From assembly GCF_018350175.1 (NCBI RefSeq), contig NC_058368.1, positions 110,176,001 to 110,240,000 of the forward strand: 64,000 nucleotides of DNA, given 5' to 3'. Positions 23,446 through 36,709 of this stretch are shown piece by piece. The translations under genes were made by a program, and so were the position numbers. Position 1 is the first letter of the stretch, and every line of letters starts with the position of its first letter. Source of the stretch: Felis catus. Taxonomy: Eukaryota. A model generated the notes under the pieces. That model made no database searches. It was not told where the DNA came from and was given only the letters and a program-made list of their open reading frames with translations.

Positions 23446-24199
23446 GCTACAAGTCGTCTGTCTCTGGTCCGCCTCTAAAACTGACTCGGGTTCAAACCAC
23501 AGGAAGGAGCATCTGTAACTGTGGTAACGGGCAGGGGATAAATAATGCATTTTCAGGAGAGAGAGACTTATTGTGCTGCAGTTTGAGAATGCATTCCCAA
23601 TATTCCAAGCTTGCAAATGTAATCTTAATTTCTTCTGTGATTTTGTCTTTATGATTCTCCATTGATCCCCTGAGTCAAGGAAATGCGTCGTTGATCATCC
23701 GCTTGATCAACAGTGGCTGAGTTCACCCAAGTTGCCTCATCTGTTCCCTTCCATAAGATCAGGACAAGATTTTAAATTTTCATGAAGAGCAAAACCGTAG
23801 CTTTCTACATGGCCAGATAACTGGGGTAATTTGTTCACACACACTAATGCAGTTTCAGCTGGAGGCTCCTGAGCTGCCCCAGACTGTAGAATGGAAAGGA
23901 GGCCACCTCGTCAGGTGGCTGTGGGGGTGGAGTGTGGGAAAACCTGGTGTGGGGGGTGTTGCGCATGGACCCCACCACGTGTGGAGACGAGCCACACCCC
24001 ACCCACAAGGCAGCCCATGGGTGTGTCCCCAAAGGATCCAGATAAAAATAATTTCTTCTTTCTCAAACTTTTAAACATTTTCCATGTAAAGTGAAATTAT
24101 TTGCATAATTCTTTACGTAAAATAGACATTTCAAGCGCCAGAAAGAAAATCTAGAGGAGTTTAAAATAAAAATGCTGAAAAAGTGCGGAATGCCTTGTC

Positions 24200-24405
24200 A
24201 CGTGCTCTCATGTTAGTCTCTTCATGGCACTCACCACTAGCTAATGGTCTGATAAGTTTGTTTACTTGCTGTCTCCCCCACTTGAATGGGGGTCCCAGGA
24301 AAGTAGGGGCCACGGTGTCTTGCGCATGGCAGGGCTCCCGCGACTTAGCCTAGCACCAGGCACACAGAAGGAGCTATACAAGGGCTTAGATCAGTGAATG
24401 AACCA
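24200..24405 (+). mobile_element. L2 3' end
   Basis: tttgtttacttgctgtctcccccacttgaatg...cctagcaccaggcacacagaaggagct...gtgaatgaa. Confidence 0.65.
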
Positions 24406-24539
24406 GGAGTCACTCCTGAGCCTAGCCCGACTCCACTGATGACATAACTGTGACGAGGGCACAAGATTCTTGAGACCTAGTTTCTCGTTCCATCCGGAGA
24501 AGATGATATTATCGGTAAAAAGTGGAAGCGTGAGCCCAT

Positions 24540-24790
24540 TTACACGACACATCCCAAGAGGTAATCTATATAGACAGAAAGTGAATCATGGTTACTTTGG
24601 GCTGGGGTGGGACATGCCTGTAAATGAGCACAAGGGCTCTTTTGGGGGTAATGGAAACCTTCTGAAATTAGAGTGTAGTGATAGGTGCACAGTTCTGTAA
24701 ATATACTAAAAGTCATGGAATATTTATTAATAAACTAAAAAAATGAATGCATTATAAAGTATGTAAATTCTATCTCAATGAAGTTGTTTA
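24540..24790 (+). mobile_element. Old L1 (L1MB/MC-like) 3' end
   Basis: aatctatatagacagaaagtgaatc...gggctcttttgggggtaatggaaaccttctgaaattagagtgtagtgatagg...tatctcaatgaagttgtt. Confidence 0.75.
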
Positions 24791-24808
24791 AAAATGAAGT
24801 ATTGTGTT

Positions 24809-24847
24809 TTTTTAAATGTTTATTTATTTTTGAGAGAGAGAGAGAGA

Positions 24848-24897
<50 letters not shown>

Positions 24898-25021
24898 GAG
24901 AGTCCAAAGCAGGCTCTGCACTAACAGTGCAGAGCCTGACATGGGGCTCGAAGTCACAAACTGCGAGATCATGACCTGACCTGAAGTCGGACACTTAACT
25001 GAAGGAGCTACCCAGGCACCC
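24809..25021 (-). mobile_element. Can-SINE with long (GA)n tract
   Basis: Reverse SINE; TSD aaaaatgaagtattgtgtt / aaaaatgaactattatgtt. Confidence 0.94.
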
Positions 25022-25324
25022 AAAAATGAACTATTATGTTAATCCCATGAGTTTTTTCTGGGGTCTTTGGGAAATGCAGTGATGTAACTAATATGTCTTC
25101 CATCTGCTTAAACAAAATGAATTGCATACAAAACTCAAAAAAATTTGTTTAAAGATGGTAACAGTATCCCATCCCTCTCCATGAGGATCAAAGGAGATGG
25201 TGTTTGTGAAAGCACTGAACACATAAAGCAAGAGGGAAAAGCTTCCACGGATCTCAGGGAATGTAGACTCTTTGGCCATACCCACCCCCACACACCGACA
25301 GCAAACACACTGGGAGGGGCACAG

Positions 25325-25525
25325 ACGCTAGAGCCACAGGCCTGGATTTGCATCTAAGCTCTAAGCTCTGCCACCTACTGGTTCATGACCTTGGGCAAAT
25401 GATGTTAGCTCTGTAAGCCTCAGTTTCCTTGACTATATAAAATGGAGATTTTAGTATCAACATCACTGTCCTCAGATCTGAACCTGGAGCAGAGTAGGCC
25501 CAATATAAAATTTTGCCATTACTAC
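25325..25525 (+). mobile_element. MIR
   Basis: catgaccttgggcaaatgatgttagctctgtaagcctcagtttccttgactatataaaatggag. Confidence 0.75.
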
Positions 25526-26424
25526 TATTCGAGTTTTTCACCGAATCTCAAGAGCTAAAATGCCACCAAAGTGCTCACATGGTCATCCTCCTGCATCAAG
25601 GGTGAAAGGCATTGCTGGAACAGCATGGAACTTTCAAAATCACAAAGTGCTTTGGGAAGCACTCTCTGATTTGACCTGAGCCTTGCCTGGCTTCAGTCAA
25701 GGTTAAGCCCATGTCTGCCTGTGGCTGCAGCTCTTGGAAGGTAGGTGATAGAGCCCTGACAGAGCCAGATAGAGCTCCTCTGTCCCTGTGCGTTCCCCAG
25801 TGATGCTTCTCTGCAGTGCCCTGAGAATCCCTTACCTAATGCTTAAACCTCTGCTAACAAATGATCTTCCATATGACCCTGAGGAAATGCTTCAGCACAT
25901 GATGGGGCTCTGGTTTCCTGGGAAGAGAAACTCGACTTTTAAATGAGATTTCTCCCCCCTGAATCTTTGCCCATGTCTTAGCAATACTTCTAAAGAAGAG
26001 AAGGGCCCCTGACCAAGAAGTAGGCCATGCACACTGCATGGGAGGCCCGTGTATGCATCTGTGTTGGAGGAGGGGTGATGGGCCAGCCTCTGACATGGAC
26101 ATAGTCTCACAATTCCAGTGTCTCCAGAGTCAAGGCTAGAGGGGACAGTGCTGTTGGCCAAACATGCCTCATAAGCTAGCCCACCAGTGGCTGGGGACCT
26201 CGCTGTTTGCTGAGGACTTCTGAGGGCAAGCATGTATCTGGTGCCCCCACAAGCTGTGCGGCTGTGGTCCAAGTCTCTCTGGCTTTGACATGTTTAGCCC
26301 TCGCTTGGGGTTTGGGCTCTAAGCTTTCTTTCTCAACCTAATCATTCACGAGCTACCAATCTTACTGTGGAAAAATTAATCACAGGTGGTTAGCCACACA
26401 GCTCCAAAGAACATTTTATCTTTC

Positions 26425-26530
26425 CATTCAATGAACAAGTGTTTACTGAGTGCTCACTATGGGCCAGGTTCCATGCCACCACCTGGGTTCACAACCATGA
26501 CAAGTGAGACGCAGTCCCCACCAGGAGGGA
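26425..26530 (-). mobile_element. L2 3' end
   Basis: cattcaatgaacaagtgtttactgagtgctcactatgggccagg. Confidence 0.6.
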
Positions 26531-28924
26531 GTGATAGAATCGACCGACCCTCAAGAGGCAAAGTTCTGCTCCTGGAGAAGGCAGTCTAGCACAGGGATAA
26601 TGCAGAGGCTGTAAATCATCTAAGAGGGCGCCCCTGCAGTAAAAACCCATGAGAACAGGCAAAGAGAACTGGGTCCTGGCTCGCAGGGATGATTTGTCCT
26701 GAGAAGAAGGGGATGGGGGGAAGGGAAGGCAGCCGACTCCAGGTGGAAAAGAAAAACATCTGAAAAAGATGAGCAGGACTACAGTCAGGCACTGTCTGCC
26801 TGCAGACTCAGCCCCAGTTTCTCTAAAAGCTAACGCTAATTGATGCAAAAGGGAAGAAAATGCCATGCACGTGTTTGTTTGAAAAAGAACAAGGAAGCCA
26901 GACTGCAATGCCAAGAGACACCAAGTCCAATACAGGCTCCTGGCTGGCATAATGTTGCAGAGCAGCACTGACCCCGTGCAAGTGAGAACAATGTCAGAAT
27001 TTGTTGAAAATGGCCAGGCTCCTGGGAAGCATTACTAGCAAGGGTGGGGGCTGCCCAGAGGTCAGTCTGGGTTGCTCCTGCTTTTCACAGACACTCATGA
27101 AGCCACAGAAATGCCTGCTTCCAGAGAATGCTGCAGGACGGACAGAGGCTGGCCCCAAGCCTTGCCCATCGACACCCATCACTTCCTGCCAGAGAACAAG
27201 GGGGTTACCCACAGTAGTGCACGGCTCGTCCTCCGTCCAAGCATGAACACAGGTCCTACAGGCCCCAGCTATCACGAGAGTGAGCAGGTGCAAGGGGGCT
27301 TTCCCATCGCAGCACGTGGCTTGCAGGGCAGGGAGAAGAGAGCAAGATGTTGGGGTACATGAGGGTGGGGGTCCCAAGGCCTCCCTTGAAGGGCAAGGGT
27401 ATGGGGGATCCTTCAGCCAGTACAAGGATCAGTTGCAATTTGACAAGACGGGGGAGGCTCAGAGCAAGCCCACAGAGGGCTCTGTGTCCCCCCCGGAAAT
27501 GACAACCCTCTGCCCCATGGGGGTAATCCACAGGGGCCATACGGGGGCGCTGGACAGAATCCTGCAGGCACTCTGGGAACAAAGCCATCTTGAGAGAGAC
27601 AAAGAGCACAAGCACCCAGAAAATGGCGTGCGCTCTTGTACACATGCCCCTCCCCACGTGCACATTACGACGAGCCCATCCAGGCCCAGTGTCCACCCCA
27701 GAACAAGGGCTGAGATATGCTGCCTGGGGCTGGAAATGGACTCTAAACGCTACACCTTCCAAGGCCATTCAAGTCCCCTATGAACGAGCTAGCCACCATC
27801 TGTTCTTTCACCACCGACCAGTCCTTGACCCTGGCCTCAGACTGGCCTCATTATTTATCCTGGAGGCGAAGGCCCGTGTGCTTTTGGTGCCGCTGTTTTA
27901 CAGAGCCTGTTTTTGTGGTTTTGCAAGGTGCATGTGGGGCCCAGCAGTGGGAGGCACCAGTGGGTCTGGGGCAGGTGGGAGAGCCTGTGGGCAGGGCAGA
28001 CAGGGGCTCGGCAGAAGACTAAATCCATCCATGCTGTCCGTCCTGCCACACAGCACACAAGAAGCCCCCTTAGCCCTTCCCCCAGACAAGTCCCCCCAGC
28101 GCCCTGTACCAGAGGTGCTGGCTACAGCTTCCACTGCCCCCAGTTCCTCCCCGCAGCCTGCCAGGGCACCAAGGAGGAGCGCCCACTTCCATCTCCTTTC
28201 TCTGCACCCTTCCTTCCAACACCCCACCCTCCACCAGTTATCACTCTCCATGCCCTGGCTCCAGCCCCAGGGCTGCCTTTCAGTGCCCCCAAACTGGGCT
28301 CTGCCATCCCCTGCCCCCGTCCACCCTCTCCCAGATGCCCCTCTGCTCAGTAGCAGGCCCACGCAGCTCCCCTGTCCCCTGAGTGTGGTACCTTCTCCAC
28401 TGCGCTGCAAACTGGGCAATTTCTTCATCTCCCAGGCACAGGCCCTAGAAGCAAATGGAAGGCGGCACCAGAAGTGGTACTATCACCATCTCCGAGCCCC
28501 CACTTTGCAGAAAATTGAAATGTAGAAAGAAGAAAGCTTTTTGAGTAGGATGTTTCCACTCAAAGTCCTCTTGCATAAAACTTCGAAGAGGACACTAGAA
28601 GAAAGGCCACTTACACAAATCGGAGATAACTTATTTTTTTAAAGAAATAGCAAGACTTAAAATCCCTGTTTTCTTCATGAGCCAAGAAGGAAGAGTAGAA
28701 GACACTCACTAGCTTGTATGTAAGAAGAACTATATTCTCCCATGTTCATAAGAGTCATCATGTGTCAAAGAAAACATGCTCTCGTGTAAAGTTGAAAACA
28801 GCTTGCCTATAAGTTCTCAACCTGCTTGTGCCTGACCAGAAAGACAACCGCCTCTACTTTCTAGGGTCTCCATTAGTTTACCTGCACTTGGCCATGGCAC
28901 TTCCTACATGCTGCTCAGCAACAC

Positions 28925-29136
28925 TTTTTTTTTTTAATGTTTATTTCTGAGAGAGAGACACACACAGAGCATGAATGGGGGAGGGGCAGAGAGACAGGGA
29001 GACACAGAATCCGAAGCAGGCTCCACTCTCTGAGCTGTCAGCACAGAGCCCGATGCGGGGCTTGAACTCCTGAACTGTGAGATCATGACCTAAGTTGAAG
29101 TTGGACGCTTAACCGACTGAGCCGCCCAGGCGCCCC
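28925..29136 (-). mobile_element. Can-SINE (SINEC_Fc)
   Basis: Poly-T start, full reverse body ending gccgcccaggcgcccc. Confidence 0.96.
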
Positions 29137-29164
29137 TCATCTACTGTCTCTTAACTGACAACAT

Positions 29165-29355
29165 CATGCGGTGATAAGAGCCTGTGGTCAGCATTCAGGG
29201 CACTTCAGAGCTAGCCCCACATCTGCAAATGATGTCAGCATGAAGGCCTCAGTGTCCCTTTCTGTAAAATGGGGATGGCTTCCTTCTTATGTTGTGTGGT
29301 CGTCATAAGGATAAACCGAGATCACGAATGTGGCAGTTAGAGCTATCTAAATGTA
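29165..29355 (+). mobile_element. MIR remnant
   Basis: gcctcagtgtccctttctgtaaaatggggat...gtcataaggataaaccgagatcacg. Confidence 0.6.
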
Positions 29356-30599
29356 GGCACCTTTTGTTTATTTCCTAAGTAACCATTCTTACTACAGCTG
29401 CAGGAATGATGCTATGCAATTCAGGCTATACCTCAATTTGGGCCTGATCTGGAGGGTCACCCCCCCCCCCCCAGAGAGCTTTCCTAGCTCTTCTATTGTT
29501 TTCATCTCTTTGTCAAAGATTTCAATACATTTATATTACCCTTGACAGTAACTGTGAATTTTGGTTTAAAAATGAAATGTGACTGCCCTGGGTGGTGCCA
29601 TTCCTTTACCCAGAAAAAAAAGAATTTATGAAATACTGCAGAGCCCCAAGAGTTTCTCCTGGCGACCACAGAGAGGACCCTGCAGCAGCCCCCGCTGTAG
29701 AAACACTGGTTCTAGCAGCATGTGCTCTGGAACAGGTAAGGAGGCAGAGTTCACGTTCACGGTTGGCTCTTGGGAACAGATGCTAAGGAAATATCTGCCT
29801 GGAGACTCATAGAGAAAGCAGGAGGGAGCCCTGATGGGCAGGTAATGGTGCTGCTTCCCACACAGGCAAGCCTTGCCCATTGAAGCTAATTGGGAGGATG
29901 GCTGGCCTGTGTTACCGGTGGCTGAATTTGGGAACATTCAAAGTGAAATCTAATTTAACTTTAGTTTCTCAGCAATTCAAACTAGAAAGTATAGCCAGGA
30001 CTCGCTGCTCTGCAGCAGTCCTCTGACCCTGCTTTAGAAGAGATAAATGATTTACAATCAGCACATTCGAAGCAGATATGGAAACAGAAGGAACCAGGGA
30101 GGCTACAAACAAGCCGTGGGCCCGAGTGGCTTGGCCAGCCAGGCCCCACACAGGCTCTGCTTCATCTGTGTGCCTGCTGACCCAGCTCGGGTTCTCGGCA
30201 AATGCCCCGTCCCTGCACAACTCAGCCAGTTTCCGGCTGTCAGGGCCTGTGGATGATGCAAGCTGAACTGTCGAAGTCCACTGTGCATGGGCACAACTTG
30301 GCTGAGCGACAGTTAACTGAGGGAGTGCATCCTTCTTACCCCAACCAATTAGTTGTCACAATGGGCTTCTCGCAGAAGAAAAACTGTCCTTCAAGCGGCA
30401 ATGGACTACATTCTCCAGTTCTGGGCTACATTGACTGTCTTCCTACTGGTAAACGGACATATTCCCACGGAGAACAGGAAATGCTTGGCACCAGGGAAAG
30501 TAGCAGTCACAGCAGCTTTAGCGCGCGCCCGTGACCACATAATCTCCACCTTACCATTAGTAAAACGTGGACTCACAGACAAGAGACAGACTGAGCAAG

Positions 30600-30925
30600 G
30601 GATGTGTGCATGCACGTGTGTGTCTGTGTGTGTGAGGGGGGCTGAGAGATACAGCGAGACACAGAGAGGAAGGGAGGGAGGGACAGAAAGGTAGGAGAAA
30701 GGGACCCTGAGAGAGAGACTAGGAACAAGAGAAGCAGACCGTGAAGTTATGAGAAAGACACATCAAGGAGCAGAGAGGGGCATGGGGAGAGAACAGGCAA
30801 CATGAAAGACCTGGAGGAAACCTGGAGAGAGAGACAGAGAGGGCGAGTGAGAGAAGGAAGGAGAGATGGGAGTGGGCAGATGGGAGAAAGAGGTGGAGTT
30901 CTCCAGGGAACAGGAGAAGGGAACA
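30600..30925. repeat. Short (TG)n followed by a purine-rich (GA) low-complexity tract
   Basis: tgtgtgtctgtgtgtgtg then about 280 bp strongly A/G-biased. Confidence 0.65.
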
Positions 30926-32449
30926 TAATTCTAGCAAGCATTCCCTCCCCTGTTCTGTCCTTCAGTTTCTTTAAAACTAGCTCAGTGGTCAACAATGTCT
31001 GAAAATGCTTGGCAGGAGAGAAGTTGAAGAAAAATGTGTTTCCCTACGAAGAAGCCATCGCCCAATGCACATTACTTTCACTGGCTTGCACCAAGAAAGC
31101 AAGAACAACACCCAGGTGACCCTTCAAAGCTGACTGGTGCGTTACCAGAAGGGTCTAGAGAGCCCCCGGCCTCAGCTCCTGGCCTGCAGAGAGGGCTGAA
31201 GCCCACAGCCAGGGAAGGCATTGGAAGGGCCTCGGGGGCTGGGAGCTGGGCTGGCCGTGGGCACATGCAGGGGAGGGTGGGGGAGGGAGGAGCCCCGGAC
31301 CACACTGGTGGGCACTGCCTTCACACTGGAGCTCCACAAAAGCCCACAAACTAATAGGTTCTCCATGGAAAATGATGCAGAAGTGGAGGCCCAGGCAGGG
31401 TGACTTGCTGGGAAGGGACAGAACTGTGACCGGGCAGGGACTTCAATACATTTACAGCACCTACGTGTGTGCGGCGGTGTGCAAGGGGAGTGGGGCTGAC
31501 ACACACCGTACACATCCTCCACGCCTTTCAAAAGCGCTCTGTGGGCTCACGAGGGTGCTGCGCTTCGGGCAGTTCATCATGTGAGCAAAGGGAGGCCTCA
31601 CAAACTCGTGTCTCCCTGCGCTTGGCACCCAGCGGGCACCACCGCCAGGGCTGCCACACTCGGGGCAAACACGCACCGTGGGCAGGTGCCCACGGTTGGT
31701 GGCTGCTGCCTGTTTGCTATTCTCTTCCCTGCGCAATCCGAGCTGTCACCGTTTGTCCTTGCAGATGATGGAACACGAGCCACTCTGAGGTGAGGCATCA
31801 CACACAGGGGCCCCGGGAACATCATGGCAGGGTCCCTGTCTGCGGGAACTATTCTGCTGTCAGCCTATCTCTGGAACTTCGGGTGTGCAAATGCCTCTGG
31901 ACCTGGGGTTTTCACTATTAAACGTCAAAGCCCTACCTTATCAGGTGGTTGCAAGTGTGTCCTGAGCTGGTGATGGAAATATTTTAGCGCGGTGCCCGGT
32001 AGATGACAAATCCTCACTTTGGTAAAGGGGAGTCAGCCACGAGGAGGCTATTTCCTCCTCTGCAGGTACCCCAACATGCAGTCAGACCCTCGCGCGCCAC
32101 TGGCCAGCCCCAGTGCTTAGGTTGGCTGAGCCCTCCGTGGAGTCATGCATGGGGCTAGCGCCTCAGACCGTTTCTGACCCCAAGAAAATGCCAGGACCCA
32201 TGGGTCTGCCTCCAACTCCACTGCTGTGGGGCTCGGACTGTCTGTTGTTATGATCCAGTTACAGAACGTGAGGTCCAAAAGCAATGGACCAGTCTAGCAC
32301 TATCATTTTACAGATGGGAAGTCTGGTGTTCCAAGAGACAAGGGTCGTGCCTCCCACAGGGACAGTTAAGGAACTCAAATTCAGATCTCTGTGCACACAA
32401 CTGTGTTTTAAAGAACTGGTAGCTAGAGTATCTATGTATATATATAAAT

Positions 32450-32820
32450 TTTTTAATATCAAATTTATTGTTAAATTGATTTCCATACAACACCCAGTGC
32501 TGATCCCAAAAGGTGCCCTCCTCAACACCCATCTCCCATGCTCCCCTCCCTCCCATCCCCCATCAACCCTCATTTTGTTCTCAGTTTTTAGGAGTCTCTT
32601 ATGCTTTGGCTCTCTTCCACTCTAACCTCTTTTTTTTCCTTCCCCTCCCCCATGGGTTTCTGTTAAGTTTCTCAGGATCCACATAAGAGTGAAACCATAT
32701 GGTATCTGTCTTTCTCTGTATGACTTATTTCACTTAGCATAACACTCTCCAGTTCCATCCACATTGCTACAAAGAGCCATATTTCATTCTTTCTTATTGC
32801 CACGTAGTATTCCATTGTGT
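32450..32820 (-). mobile_element. 5'-truncated feline L1 3' end
   Basis: Reverse L1 3' UTR (ccatacaacacccagtgctgatccc...gacttatttcacttagcataac); flanking tatatataa(a)tttttt repeats consistent with a TSD. Confidence 0.93.
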
Positions 32821-33088
32821 TATATATAATTTTTTTAACTGGTGTTTTATAATTTTGATTTTGTTGATATAATTATCTCATGTTATTTAGGATTTTTAAA
32901 AAGGCCAGAGAAATGAGATGGTCACTGTGGGAGGCCTGTCTTTTAGGTAAGAAAGCCATAAGTTTTGGTGATGGAGCATTTCCCTTCATGTGTAGGGTAG
33001 AGATGATGTGTTTACCTCTGGGTGAGAAAGGTTAGTAAAAATGTAAATTTGGAAGAAAAACTCCCAAACCATTGCCAATTTCATTCTT

Positions 33089-33296
33089 TTTAAAGTTTAT
33101 TAATTTATTTTGAGAGAGAGAGAAAGATAGCATGTGTGCACGTGAGCAGGGGAGGGGCAGAGAGAGAGGGACAGAGAATCCCAAGTAGGCTCTGTGCTCA
33201 GCCTGATGAGGGGCGTGAACCCATGAACCTTGAGAACATGACCTGAGCTGAAACCAAGAGTGAGATGCTTAACTGACTAAGCCTCCCAGGTGCCCC
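33089..33296 (-). mobile_element. Can-SINE (older)
   Basis: Reverse SINE; 14-bp TSD ccaatttcattctt at 33075-33088 and 33298-33311. Confidence 0.94.
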
Positions 33297-35116
33297 ACCA
33301 ATTTCATTCTTAAGGAAAAGGAAAACACTGAAGCAAAAACCTCCTTGGGGTATGGGAGTGGGAGCTAGGCTTTGAACAAACTTGGTGTGCTTCCGGGGTC
33401 CGCTTCACCCTGATCTCACACGCTCCAGGATGTCCCCCACTTCCAAGCCAACCACCTCACTCCACCCGCTGATTCTGGACCCCAACCTTGCACCTCTGGT
33501 GTCTGGTATGCCTTCTGGAGATGGCCCATCTGAGATGCCCAGAGCCCAGGAACCTGGGAGCTCCTGCTGTAGGACCTGTCCATAAGGCCAGCTCACCAAG
33601 CCCTCACTGGGCAGAGTGTCAGATCACAGGCAGGGGCCTACAGTAGGCATTTAATGAACGCAACTGGTGTCACTAGAAGCTTGAGCCCTCCTTCCTTTGA
33701 ATCCTGTCCTGACACTGGGGGCTAGGGATCTAGCCCAGCACTGTCCAGTACTCTTAAGACAAACATTAAATTCTAGACCTCAGAAATGAAGGAGTGGGTC
33801 CTCAGGGGAGTACCCTTTTAAGCTTACCTCTGGGGAACATCTACCCGGCCTAGTCCACTGTGGAAACCTAGTTCTGAAGTGGAAATTCTCATTGCAGTGA
33901 GTGTTGGAAGTCCAAGTACTGTGTGCAGTGAGGGAGAAGTGTACCTGATCATGTAATAATCATATATATGCACATGGCTGTTTATGTGTATGCAAGGGGC
34001 TTTCACTGCGACGAACTCAGGTGGCATGGAGGGAGGCCTCCAGTCTCCAAGTAAGGAACTGTTGAGTGTCCCTGAGGTCCCATCCAGAGGCTCTGTCATC
34101 TCTGTGCCCCTCGTTGGGCTGACACTCCTGAGACATTCTCAAGAGACCAACACGAGCTTTCTCTGCCCCCCTCCTTTCCCCTTTATTAATGAGTTAGGAT
34201 ACACAAAACCCAATAAAACACACATAAAGGCATACTAGCATCCTTTATATCTTTTCCCTCACTATGTTAAAAACTGGCATTTATATTAAAATGAAAATTT
34301 GTTAGCAAAAGAATTTTACTGTAAAACTATACAACCTACCTTTCACAGTTGTTACAAGAATCAAAGGAGATAACGTAGATGAAAGTATTTCAAACACTAT
34401 GGTTTATATGTGTAAAATAGAGGAGATTGGCCACAAGTTGATAATTGAAGCGAGGCGAGATTCTGGGGAGAAAGCTTTCCTTTTAGTGCACAAACTGTGT
34501 CTTGCCAATGGATATACGATGCATCACTCTCAAAACAACCTCTAGCTCCTCAGCTCCATGTTGTCCAAGGGGGACTCCCTGACTCTGCCTGCATGGCCCA
34601 GAGGCCCTCAATGGTGGGTGATGAAGGACAAGTAGCCATTCATCGCTGACACCTGAATGGGTGCTCATGCACATAAGCCAGGTCAGCAGCTTCCCTCTGC
34701 TCTGAGAGTGAGACTCCAGCCTGTTGCTGCAGCCAATGACATCATCTCCTACAGCTCATCCCTCCTGCCAGGAAATGGCCTTTTCCAGGCTAAACTTGAG
34801 TGCCGGGAGCCATCATCTCATTCCACAAGACATCTCCCTCCTTGTCAAATTTGTCTTTTCTCTTTTTAAGCTGCATGTGACCTGCCTTGGTTTATGTATA
34901 TTTCCTAAGTCACCTCTCACCCTTTTTGCCTCATTCATGTCTGTTGTTGGTTTTTATTTTTGGCTTAAAATTTTTATATGGTGCCTTAAAAAAAAATGAA
35001 GGACTGTCCTACGATGGAAGTGTTGTGCACTCGTCCCAGTAGTTGGTGAAATATTAAATGGATCTTCCTCTTAGGTTGTTCTGACTTTTAAGGGAATTAA
35101 AAATAAGGCACACAGA

Positions 35117-35236
35117 GGGGTGCCTGGCTGGCTCAGTCAGTAGAGCATGCCACTCTTGATCTCGGGGTTGAAAGTTCGAGCCCCACGTTGGGTGTAGAGA
35201 TTACTCAGAAAGTCTTAAAGCAAAAAAAAAAAAAAT
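35117..35236 (+). mobile_element. Short tRNA-Lys-derived carnivore SINE (SINEC_old-like)
   Basis: ggggtgcctggctggctcagtcagtagagcatgccactcttgatctcggggttgaaagttcgagccccacgttggg with A-tail and no CT tract; TSD aataaggcaca. Confidence 0.85.
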
Positions 35237-36080
35237 AATAAGGCACAAAGAAGTCTTTGGCACAGGAGCATTACTATTATTAGTCTTACCAGAGCTTAAC
35301 ATAATTTATTCGTTTTTTTTTTTTTTCAGGAGGCCAGATTTTTGTTATGGATCATCACTACTGTTTTTTTTTTAATCAATTTCTGCTCTTTATTATTTTC
35401 AAAGTTCTTACGTTAAACTCTTGGTTCTTTAATTTTCAACTTTTCTAACTTTATAACATGACATCGGAAGCCATAGCTTTCCCTCCAAGTATCATTTTAG
35501 CATCACCCTATAATCTTGGATACACAATAAACACATTATTGTTCAATTCTAAACATTCAGTAATTTTCATTATTACATCTTCTCTGACCCTCACATTATT
35601 CAGAAGTATATTTTCAGTTTCTAAATGTATGGATTTGTGGTGGGCTTCTTGCTACTGATTTATAATTTTACTGCATATTCGTCAAAGACTATGGTTTATC
35701 AATTACTTAGTATGGGCGGAAGTTTTTTTTCTGGACTAGAATGTGGTAAGTTTTTTAAATTGTATATGTGAAGGATGTATACGAGGTGCATAGTCTTACA
35801 TATATAGTGATTGGAGTAAGCTTATTATTTATATTAATAATTTCCAAATATATATTTTTATGAATTTTTGTCTGCTTGGGTTATTTTATGAAATACAAGT
35901 TAAAATGTCCCATCATGATGGTGCATTTGTCAATTTTCTCCTGTAAGTCTCTAGGCTTTGCTTTATGTCTATTTAGCACCTATGTTAAGTGCAGGCAGGT
36001 TCATAATGGTAATGTCTTCTGAGTGAGTTGTTTCTCTTATCAGTGTGTAAAAAACCCAATATAGGATCGCTTAAAGTATA

Positions 36081-36395
36081 TAGTTGGCTTTTGTACTGCG
36101 TGGGTCTACTTATACACATATTTTTTACAGTATGTGTATAAGCTGTATACACAGCTACTATTTTCTCTTCCTTATGATTTTTGTTAACATTTTTTCCATC
36201 TAGCTTACTTTAAGAATATGGTATATAATACATATAACATAAAAGATAGTTGTTAATTTACTATGTTATTGGTAAGGCTTCTGGGCAACAGGTTACTAGT
36301 AGTTAAGTTTTGTGGGGAGTCAAAAGTTACACATGAATTTGTGACTGTGTGCAGGGTTGGTGCCCCTAACTTCTGAGTCATTCAAAGGTCAGCTG
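36081..36395 (+). mobile_element. Tigger2a/MER8-like TcMar DNA transposon
   Basis: Degenerate terminal inverted repeats (tagttgg... / ...ttcaaaggtcagctg) flanked by TA; internal ttaagttttgtggggagtcaaaagttac. Confidence 0.8.
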
Positions 36396-36544
36396 TACTT
36401 TGATATTAATGCTACCACAAAGCATTTTCTCGTATTTGTGTGTTACTATACCTTTCCCCATTCATTTCATTTCAAATTTTGTGTCATCATATTTAGATAT
36501 GATGGGTAAATAGGACATCTCTATATTTCAAAAATTCAATCTGA

Positions 36545-36709
36545 AGAGACTCTTAAGGACTGAGAACAAACTGAGGGTTGATTGGAGAGAGGGGAAAGTG
36601 GGCGATGGGCATGGAGGAGGGCACTTGTTAGGATGAGCATTGGGTGTTGTATGGAAACCAGTATGACAATAAATTATATTTAAAAAAAATAAAAAGCATA
36701 AAACATTTA
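36545..36709 (+). mobile_element. Very short (about 165 bp) 5'-truncated feline L1 3' end
   Basis: L1 3' UTR (agagactcttaaggactgagaacaaactgaggg...ggatgagcattgggtgttgtatggaaacc); perfect 15-bp TSD aaaaattcaatctga at 36530-36544 and 36710-36724. Confidence 0.93.

Noticed and set aside
27590..28525. 311-aa plus-strand ORF
   Set aside because: TTG start; low-complexity Pro/Ser/Leu composition from GC-rich DNA; long overlapping ORFs on both strands; no recognisable family
35117..35200. tRNA-Lys-like sequence
   Set aside because: Has a SINE-type 5' end, A-tail and TSD, so it is a short tRNA-derived SINE rather than a tRNA gene
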